Shown: positions 54,239-64,000 of the stretch, piece by piece
Position numbering within the stretch: position 1 is the stretch's first letter
Layout of the letters: every line of letters starts with the position of its first letter
Source of the DNA: Octopus sinensis
Lineage: Eukaryota
Length of the DNA: 64,000 bases
NCBI RefSeq assembly: GCF_006345805.1
Contig: NC_043000.1
Location: 91,140,001-91,204,000, forward strand
Reading direction: 5' to 3'
The notes under the pieces: generated by a model
Databases searched by the model: none
Seen by the model: the letters and a program-made list of their open reading frames with translations, nothing else
Told to the model about the DNA's origin: nothing
Program-made: the position numbers and the translations under genes

Positions 54239-54306
<68 letters not shown>

Positions 54307-55527
54307 TGCCCCCCCACCTCTCTCTCTATCCAATAAACGTCTGTCCGTAACGTTACATTTATTTTCTGTCTCAAAGCTTAAACATATTACACTATTTGAA
54401 TTATTCGTATAATTTTTTTACCGAAAAAGAACGTCACTAATTTTTTTCAAATTCTAATGTTTTATTAAGCAAGCATTTAGATTATTTAAAGAAAAAAATT
54501 AATTTATGCATCTAATAGGAATTGCTGTTTATTTTAGTTTATCAAATTTAAAACTGAATTATTTCTCTATACAGAAAACTTGCTTCCATGCTTTTAAAAT
54601 AGCTCAAGCAATGAATTGATATTAGTATAATATATCAAGTGTGAAAATATACAGGTGACGGCTAGAATTTGAAAAATTGCCATTTCCACAGTAACCTGTA
54701 CAAGTTTTCACATGACATATCAAACTGCAAGTGAATGGGAATTATGACTTCTCACAAATCTTAATAATACAAGACTGTTCAATATGCTGACAGCATTTAG
54801 TAGATATATTTTCTTGGTCAATAATCAAGCAAAAAGACACAACGGCAGTATGTATGATCCAGCTATACATATACACAATGCCATTAACTAGCTACTTGTT
54901 CTACACTCAATTCAAACTCGGACTCTTAAGTATTTGCATATGATATTAGAGTTTTCAATGGGTTAAATCTTTAATTTGTCAAGCTAATATAGTCAACATA
55001 TTGATTATTCTTTGGTAAAACGTCTTGTGTCATTTCAAAACTTCTTTAATTAAATTTTCCAACAATTTCAGTAATGCTCAAGGATAGAAAACAACAACAA
55101 ATTATACTTTTTTAAAACCAAATACAGATAAATCCTTATCGTTTCTGTTTACTGATGTTGAAACCAAACGTACTACACAATTTCTAATATAACCAGAGGC
55201 TTCTAGTAAAGTAATTTCTCTTATAGTTTTGGCTTCATTGTCTCATTCAACATTAGTACATCCAGTGAACGACATTGCCCCAAGTTTCCTTCTGTTAATT
55301 ATCCGAATCGACAGACGAGTTTTGATTATACCAAAGGAGACATTCAATAACCATAAGCCTTTTTGTTACGTCTATTAGACTCACTGCTTTCGATTTAATT
55401 CATTGACATTACATGGCCTGTCATATTTGGTGGAAATTTTATTCTGCACAAAACATAATGAAAATATAAATTTACTGTATATTAGAGGTAACGAATATGT
55501 GTCTATTAACATGATCGCATTATTATT

Positions 55528-55895
55528 AGGAACTTTTGTGTTACGCACCAACTGGAGAGTCAATCAGCTAGGACTGTCCTGATGGGTTTCCATATACTAT
55601 AGATATGATAGGGGTTGTACTGATATGCTTGTATCTATATTGTTATGATAGTGTCTGCAGTGGTACGATAGGGTGACTTTGTAGTGTATATTTTATATAA
55701 CTATGTCAGATGATGAAGTGTGACGTGCATAATTTTTATGATAATCATAGTTCGTAGAAAGAATGGAGAAATAGCAATCAAGTCGGAGGAGTGGCTGCTA
55801 TATTTATTAGGAGAAATGACTGCCATGTTTGCTACAGAATATCCTGCTAGGAACATTTGGTACCGTTAAACCGAATTAAGTAGACCAACTGAGAT
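55528..55895 (+). repeat. Third, more diverged copy of the 58.3/61.0-kb duplicated segment
   Basis: ACTGGAGAGTCAATCAG...GGTACCGTTAAACCGAATTAAGT aligns with 61545-61920. Confidence 0.85.
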
Positions 55896-56654
55896 CATAT
55901 CACTTCTGAGATGTACCTGTTGGGTGATTTCATCTGAGGCTGAGAGCTGAAAATAAAGCAATTATAGCAAACACACAAAAGCCGTTGTCTTCGATTAATC
56001 ATTTATTATTTTGTGACAAAACAGGGTCACTGCCATGTTTCTGATGCGAATCTTCGTATTGGAAAAATAAAAACAATAAAAAAAACATTGGTACCGCTTT
56101 GAGAAACATCTACATTCTAAATGGTTACCATGTCGCTATTGAACTGGAAGTGCTGATTCCTACACAAAGAGTGTACTTGAATGGAACTGCAAGGAAATAT
56201 ATGCAAACAAGATGTAAAAGCAAACCTCTTATTATTTGTACCTCTTTTTCCAACAAGTAGATGCTATGTAATGAAATATTTAAGAATGATCTCATTTATA
56301 TAGTCTTATAGGATTTATCCTCATCGTCGTAGCCGTGGTCGTCATCATCATCATCATCATCATTATAGCATTCTGTGGTACTCAATATGTGTATATATAT
56401 ATATGGTAAATAATGTTTTCTTATTTCGCTGTAATACATTTAGTTAATTGTTTATAACGCTACAATATCAGCGTTGTTTGATTTATATTTTACGGAATTA
56501 TATTAATCTAGCAAGTGGTTTGACTACAGACCGTGTGTTGAAAGTGAAGCAACTACATTGTGGAAGAGCCATTTGATAACATACAAACCTCTTAAAATCA
56601 ACTTTAACTTTAAATTTACCACTAACCATCAAATTTTCGCTGTCATCTCGCTGC

Positions 56655-56732
<78 letters not shown>

Positions 56733-56733
<1 letters not shown>

Positions 56734-57428
56734 TAATGAAAAGAAATATTACAAGTAACTGCAGAATATGTGGAGATGGACAAGAAACAATAAATCATAT
56801 TATCTCTAGCTGCCCAGTCCTGGCTAAGAAGGAATATATTCACAGACATGACAGAGTTGGAACCTACATACATTGGAAGCTATGCCAACATTATGGAATA
56901 ACAACAGAAAAAAGATGGTATAGACACATACCAGAAAAGGTCACAGAAAACGAGAAAGCAACCATACTCTGGGATATGCCGATACACACAGATAGAGAAA
57001 TTAAGGCCAACAGACCAGATATAGTTGTCAGAGATCATGAAGAAAAAAATGCTTTCTAATTGATGTATCAATACCGGCAGATGACAACGTGTCTCTAAAA
57101 GAAATGGAGAAACTCTCAAAATACAAAGACCTGGAAATAGAGATAACTAGAATGTGGAACCTGAAAACAGAAACAATTCCTATCATAGTAGGTGCATTAG
57201 GCATGATAAAAAAATATTCAGACAAATACATAACAAAAACACCAGGACTTACAAACACATATAACATACAGAAAATTGCACTACTAGGCACTGCACACAT
57301 CCTACGCAGAACACTTTCCATACAATAACCATCAGAGCATCACAACAAATCACAGCACATACCCAAGGCACACAGAGCTGCGCTCGGTAGTGAAGTGAAA
57401 GCACGCTATAAAAATAAAACTACTGAAG
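56733..57428 (+). mobile_element. Young 5'-truncated Dong/R4-type RLE retrotransposon in (TAA)n
   Basis: CRICGDGQETINHIISSC (Cx2Cx8Hx4C), RHDRV, ILWD..IHTDREIKANRPDIVV, (frameshift in an A run) CFLIDVSIP, KEMEKLSKYKDL, IIVGALG, QKIALLGTAHILRR*; (TAA)n at 56657-56732 and 57429-57450. Confidence 0.92.
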
Positions 57429-57450
57429 AATAATAATAATAATAATAATA

Positions 57451-57800
57451 GGCGCAAGAGTGGCTGTGTGGTAAGTAGCTTGCTTACCAATCACATGGTT
57501 CCGGGTCCATTCCCGCTGCGTGGCACCATGGGCAAATGTCTTCTACTATAGCCTCGGGCCAACCAAACCCTTGTGAGTGGATTTGGTAGACAGAAACTGA
57601 AAGAAGCCCATGGTATATATGTATGTGTGTCTGTGTTTGTCCCCCAACATCACTTGACAACCGATGGTGGTGTGTTTACGCCCCCGTAACTTAGTACTAG
57701 GCTTCCTAAGAATAAGTCCTAGGGTCGATTTGCTCGACTAAAGGCAATGCTCTAGCATGGCCGCAGTCAAATGACTGAAACAAGTAAAAGAGTAAAGAGT
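57451..57800 (+). mobile_element. SINE family A inserted in the (TAA)n tract 3' of the Dong-like element
   Basis: GGCGCAAGAGTGGCTGTGTGGTAAGTAGC...AAACAAGTAAAAGAGTAAAGAG; TAA resumes at 57801. Confidence 0.85.
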
Positions 57801-57813
57801 ATTAATAATAATA

Positions 57814-57862
<49 letters not shown>

Positions 57863-57867
57863 TAATC

Positions 57868-58253
57868 TTTTTTACTATAGGCACAAAGACTGAAATTTTG
57901 AAGGAAGGGGTCAGTCAATTAGATCCACAACTGGTACTTAATTTAACGACCCCGAAAGGATGAAACGTAAAGTCGACCTCGGCGGAATTTGAACTTGGAA
58001 AAGGTAACGACGGGCGAAATACGTATTTCTTTACTACCCACAAGGGCTAAACGTAGAGAGAACAAACAAGGACAGACAAACGGATTAAGTCGATTATATC
58101 GACCCCAGTGCGTAACTGGTACTCATTTAATCGACCCGAAAGGGTAAAAGGCAAAGTCGACCTCGGCAGAATTTGAACTCAGAACGTAGCGACAGACGAA
58201 ATACCGCTAAGCATTTCGTCCAGCGTGCTAAGGATTCTGCCAGCTCACCGCCT
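57868..58253 (-). mobile_element. Two tandem SINE family B copies with different tail variants
   Basis: 57868-58020 has the GCCTATAGTAAAAAAG-type tail; 58023-58253 has the GTGGGTAGTAAAGAAATA tail. Confidence 0.85.
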
Positions 58254-58279
58254 TAATAATAATAATAATAACGATGATA

Positions 58280-58317
<38 letters not shown>

Positions 58318-58325
58318 AAGAGTAA

Positions 58326-59150
58326 TACGTTACACTTCGTCATCTGACTTAGTTATATGAAATATACACTACAAAGTTACCCTATCGTACCACTGCAGAC
58401 ACTATCATAACAATATAGATACAAGCATATCAGTACAAACCCTATCATATATCTATAGTATATGAAAACCCATCAGAACAGTCCTGGCTGATTGACTCTC
58501 CAGTAGATGCGTAACATGAAAATTAAAAGTCCATTTTTGATACCTCAGCCATATAATGGTTTGTGGAAGCTACATGTGATTTTAATTTCTTAAATCATCA
58601 AAAGGATTTTCATTATTACACAGACAACTAGAATCAAGATAATGATGTATATATTTATTCTTAATACATTCCAGCAGATTCGAGAGTGAATATGCTAATT
58701 GTTGTTGTATTTATTTTCTGGAGAACACCTTCATTCTAATGATATTTGCCCATAACACACTCGATTCCTTGGTATGAGATGACTTTGAAGCATCGCAGTT
58801 TTTTGGACCTGATTTTGTCTCCTCGCCAAAACGACCGTCAAAGCAATGAAACTAAAGACGAGTGAAGGCTCTTGTTTGTAGAATTCAACAAACAAAAAAT
58901 TTCGTGATGTGTGCTGACCTCTGCTCAAGCGATGCATTGATCCGGGATAGGCTTAACCGAAGAGACTCAAGCTGAACACCTTCGGGTCTCAAAACCTCTT
59001 TACAATAAGGAATCGAGTGTGTTATGAATACACGTTATCGGAAAGGAAAAAGGCGTAGTCTGAGAACGAAGTGCAGCAGGGAGTAGCATGTTCGCGATCG
59101 AATCTGCCTGAACATATTAAGCATGAATATATGAGTGTTGTGTTCTTTCT
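58326..59150 (-). repeat. Left arm of ~820-bp inverted repeat
   Basis: Reverse complement of about 60930-61751. Confidence 0.9.
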
Positions 59151-60086
59151 TATAATAGTAAAATGAAATCGCAGATTTGTGGGAGAAATGAAAATAGTGG
59201 AAAAGATGTACTTGTGTTATTTAATCTGACTGAATATAGATGGTTATTATTGTTGTTTAATCCAAGATCAACCCTGATCTAAGAAACTTGTGATACGTAG
59301 GCGTTTGGGTAGTATCACGTCGAAACACTGGTGTCCCAATTAGCGTAATATTTTAAGAACGCACTGAACGTCGTAAGAAGTTTTTTCTCCTTTGACGTAT
59401 ACAACAACGACTAGCATATTTTGCGTTCGAATCGGCTGGAATGTATGAAGAATATATATACAATTCCTCTTATCAAAGTCACATTATCCAGTGTGGCCTT
59501 CCTCTTTAGAGTCCATGAATTGACTGAGGTTCAGTTACAATATATGAAAAGTAAAGATGATACTGACTGGATTTGAACTCGAAAATACAAAAGAGAACAA
59601 CGAAATTCTAAAAAAAGACATCATGGTAAACAATAAGAGCAACAAAACAACTGTAACAACAAAAGTTATCAAGAATTTACAGTATATGTAATTGGCTCTC
59701 TGCTCGCCGATTCATTTTCCCTCTTATATCTTGAGTTTCCATTACATGCAAGACTCCTCTGTAATAACCTAGACGTAAATCACCTTAACTACTAAAATAA
59801 CAAGCAATTAAATCTATTAAAACCGATTTTTAGCTCAGTTGGTTACAACATGTTCAATTTAAAATATTACAGTTGTCAGTGTTGATGTCTATGCCACTAT
59901 TTAATTTTGCTGTGGATTGTTTTCTTTAATTCTATTTTGTTTTTAAATACTCCAATATTATTTCGTCTTCGTAGTCGTTTTTAAAAGATTCGCCATGTGT
60001 AAACGTGTGTTCAAACTGACGTTGTTGTAACATATGTGCGTCATCTGTACCAACATGAAACCCACGTTCCTGTCAAATTTCGTTTC

Positions 60087-60151
<65 letters not shown>

Positions 60152-60167
60152 CATTATTATTATTATT

Positions 60168-60741
60168 GAGTGAGAGAGCTGTGCATACCATCAAAGTGAC
60201 ACTGGGGTAAAATACACAAAGCCCAGTATACCCATCACGACTACCCATCTGATAAGGGTACACTAGACACATTCATCACAACCATATATGTGCCACATGG
60301 TGACCTCATATCAAGATAAACAGCACATGACCTTGCAGGTAGAGCCCAGTTAGAATTTTCTTCTGGTCGAGTAACCCATCCCGCTCTAAAGGCCCCTCAA
60401 TAAGGGTTGTTTAAGGATGTTGAACGAAACACCCATGTTTCCAGAGGTGAATTATTCAAACCCCAAAAGATCCCTCTCAACACATGGCTATGATGCTCCA
60501 CCACTATTTTTGCCCGTGATCAGAGATATACATATCGTCAGCCACTAAGGGACATGCTCAACTGGATAAGGTAAAAAAAAACTGACAAGCAAATCAGTGG
60601 TATTGAGCAGAATATTTGCTGTAGCCCATCTTTTATACCAAGACAAAGCAATGTACATGATAGCACTTCCAATCAGTTAAGATCAGAAGCCACGAGAGCC
60701 ACTGCCTGGTACTGCAGCAGGGCATGTTACTGCATCAGGGC

Positions 60742-60745
<4 letters not shown>
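60168..60745 (-). mobile_element. Family C (TAA)n-embedded element, full length, with short terminal duplication
   Basis: GAGTGAGAGAGC...ACTGCAGCAGGGCATGTTACTGCATCAGGGCATTT; (TTA)n at about 60088-60167 and 60746-60800. Confidence 0.9.
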
Positions 60746-60803
<58 letters not shown>

Positions 60804-60929
60804 GAAAACCTCACAGCTTATTTTGTTGGGTATGATGGAAAGTGTGAGCTGTCCACAGCCAGCAGACTAAGGTGACACTTGTTTACTGGTCATGTTTCAT
60901 GCGACGAATTCTTATAGTTCCAAGCAATT

Positions 60930-61751
60930 AGACAGAACACAACAATCATATATTCATTTTTATATGTTCTGGCAAATTCGTGAATATGCTACTCCCAGCA
61001 TATAACTTCGTTCTCAGACTACGCCTTTTTCCTTCCCGGCAACGTGTATTCATAACACACTAGATTCTTTATTGTAAGGAGGTTTTGAGACCCGAAGGTT
61101 TTTCAGCTTGAGTCTCTTCAGCTACACCTATCACCTATCACAGATCAAAGCATCGTTTGGGCAGAGGTTAGCACGCATCACTAAATAGTTTGTTTGTTGA
61201 ATTCTACAAACAAGAGCCTTCACTCGTCTTAGTTTCATTGTTTTGGCGGTCGTTATGGAGAGAAGACACAATCAGGTTTAAACACTGCGGTGTTTCAAAG
61301 TCACCTCATGTCAAGGAATCGCGTGTGTTATGGGCAAATATCATCAGAATGAAGGTGTTCTCCAGAAAATAAATACAACAACAATTAGCATATTCACTCT
61401 CGAATCTGCTGGAATGTATTAAGAATAAATATATACATCATTATCTTGATTCTAGTTGTCTGTGTAATAATGAAAATCCTTTTGATGATTTAAGAAATTA
61501 AAATCACATGTAGCTTCCACAAACCATTATATGGCTGAGGTATCAAAAATGGACTTTTAATGTTACGCATCTACTGGAGAGTCAATCAGCCAGGGCTGTT
61601 CTGATGGGTTTTCATATACTATAGATATATGATAGGGGTTGTACTGATATGCTTGTATCTATATTGTTATGATAGTGTCTGCAGTGGTACGATAGGGTGA
61701 ATTTGTAGTGTATATTTCATATAACTAAGTCAGATGACGAAGTGTAACGTA
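60930..61751 (+). repeat. Right arm of ~820-bp inverted repeat (homology to the 55.5-kb copy continues to about 61920)
   Basis: Reverse complement of 58326-59150. Confidence 0.9.
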
Positions 61752-63004
61752 CATAATTTTTATGATCATCATGGTTGGTAGAAAGAATGGAGAAAGAGAA
61801 ATCAAGTCTGAGAAGTGGCTGCTATATTTGTTGGGAGAAATGGCTGTCATATTTGCTACAGAGTACCCTACTACGAACATTTGGTACCGTTAAACCGAAT
61901 TAAGTGGACTAACTGAGAGCAGGGGCTTTTACCCAGTTTGTCTATCAAACTTTATTTGGCTTTGTTTGACCCTAGTTTTTGCCAGAAGAATTCTGCCCAG
62001 GGTACTGCGCAGTGATGAGGACTCTGAAGTTTCTTTTGAAGTTGTAGTGGCATGATTTATTCAAAACTTTATCTTATAGTATCACAATACATCTAAAACT
62101 AACATGCACACTTTTGTATTACTTTCGGAGTAATTTTCAAGTGTATATATCTTTTACTAGTAATAGATATAATACTAGTAATAGATATAATAACAAAGAA
62201 TATTTTTTACTTACAAGGCCTATAGAACAATATACTAAATGCCATTCAGTTAAGCAGATACTAAATAAGTCTCCAATTCTGTAAGATACTAATATATTCA
62301 AAGTAGCATTTAAAGTAGTAACTTTTTCTTGCGAGAGAAATTATCATAGAATTCACTGAGACTTTTCCTAATCGTTGTGTTCTTTGTGTTCTTTGGAATG
62401 GAATTCTTCTTGTAATAACGATAATTACAACTTTCATCTTATCGCTAAAAATATTATTTTGTTAATTTTAGTACTATTATCTCCGTATGCGTTTTTATTC
62501 ATCGTGTATGTATTTCACATGTCTTTCTTTTAATTTACTCATGCTTTTATGCAACAATCAACACCTTAAATAAACTAAGATAAATAGTCTGGAAACCACA
62601 CTTAGAGGTTACTTTTGACTAATGCAACTTCTAAAGAATTACATGTCAGTAGTTTTAGCGATCAAACTACATATGACACATGCAATGCTTTCACTTATTG
62701 TCATAATTGAGTAGAGAGGAGATTCTAATAAAATAACTTTGAAACTAATTCATTAATTTTCTGTAATTCCAGATACTTTCAAACTTTTCCAATGTTCGAT
62801 GCTAAAACTTTGCTTTCAGAAAGGTCTTTTTTTCTTTCAAAATCTCTCTCGATCGATTTCTAAAAAGAGATGTTATAATGCTTATTGTCTATAGGATGAT
62901 AGCTGGCAGATCAGAAGAGTACTGAATATAAATGTCTTGTAAAATTAAACTAGATGTATATATGTTCTTAGTTGCAGTGTTTTATTTTTACTATTCAATG
63001 AATT

Positions 63005-63240
63005 GCGACCAAGCTGGAGCACCGCCTTAGAGATCGACTCAGTACTTATTTTCAAGTCTGATACTTATTTTACCGGTCTCCTTCACCGAACCGCTAAGTT
63101 ATATGTTTGTATGCAATACATCACGGGTTATAAAGCGGTGATGGGGGCCAAACACAAACACACACACACGCATACGCGCGCGCGATGGACTTCACACAGT
63201 TTCCGTCTAGTAAATTCATTCACAAAGCACGCAATTTTCT
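63005..63240 (-). mobile_element. SINE family A (degenerate, head missing)
   Basis: GCGACCAAGCTGGAGCACCGCC...CCGAACCGCTAAGTTA...CAGTTTCCGTCTAGTAAATTC. Confidence 0.7.
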
Positions 63241-63715
63241 GATTCTATGTGTAAATAGTTTGGTATCACAGATTATTTTTTCCGTGAAGATCTTAAACGG
63301 ATACAAGTCCACCTTTCTTGAAACTTCAGCAATAAGCATTTAAAAAAATAAAGATATATAAATTGTACATATGCGAATACTAAATCTAACAGATCTATGA
63401 ACCCGCTGCAAAGCAAGCAAACATGCGTCAGATAAGCATGACAAATTAGCTAAAGAGATTATCATAATGCTGTCTTCACTGCAGATTGTCTATTGAAATA
63501 ATTAAAGGCTAGCAGGACCCGTGAATATTTCACGTAATTAACGGTAAACTTATTGGGTTATTTCTGAAAATTTTATCCTAAAAACCTGAAAGCGTAGCCT
63601 GTGTTGTTTGGAAATATAGTCACTCATCTGCGACTCATAGAAAAGTGAAAGAAATTGGAATACGGTTATTATTTAATACATCTATATATATGTATATATA
63701 TAAATATATATATAC

Positions 63716-63761
<46 letters not shown>

Positions 63762-64000
63762 TGTGTGGTGTGTGTGTGTAAATATATATATATAAAAATA
63801 CAAGATGGGACAAGAACGCAAAACACTCAAATAGACGACACAAAAAACGGACGGGTTATTCGAAGTTTCTAATCTTCAGTCAAGAACCGGATTATCCTCG
63901 CAATTTCGGCTGATTAATCTTGAGATCGCTCCGATCTGGCCAGCCCCAAGGAAAAACTAAGCTACGAGCATTAGATTTCTTGGAAAATGGATCGAATATA

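Noticed and set aside
56010-56090. Possible spliced exon (ACAG...G|GTACCG)
   Set aside because: Weak acceptor and no recognisable peptide; there is no support for a host gene.
61280-61355. Minus-strand CTGATGA...GAAA-CAC-CGCA-GTG-TT hammerhead look-alike
   Set aside because: Stems I and II do not pair, and the paralogous left arm has CTAATGA and GAAG.

Overview
AT-rich, extremely microsatellite-dense eukaryotic DNA with no recognisable host protein-coding exon, rRNA or true tRNA gene, and one 100-N gap. The repeat content (several tRNA-headed SINE families, very high SSR density) resembles an octopus/coleoid genome; this is an inference from pattern, not a database result. The window is probably intronic or intergenic. 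It holds: an internally deleted mariner; Tc2-like and Tigger-like MITEs; Penelope-like, RTE and probable Tx1/L1 remnants; and four RLE (R4/Dong-type) non-LTR 3' ends. The main findings are: (1) a type I hammerhead ribozyme with a canonical core at 35414-35475, an inverted partial copy, and several degenerate hammerhead-like motifs; (2) retroelements inserted in microsatellites, including a young Dong-like LINE end and a ~570-bp non-coding element in (TAA)n, and another RLE lineage in (CATA)n; (3) fold-back structures, including an ~820-bp-arm inverted repeat with a sharp identity step and a palindrome centred on (TA)n. Repeat boundaries were read by eye (+/-10 bp unless a TIR or TSD is given), and identities are visual estimates. 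Family names A-D are working labels.
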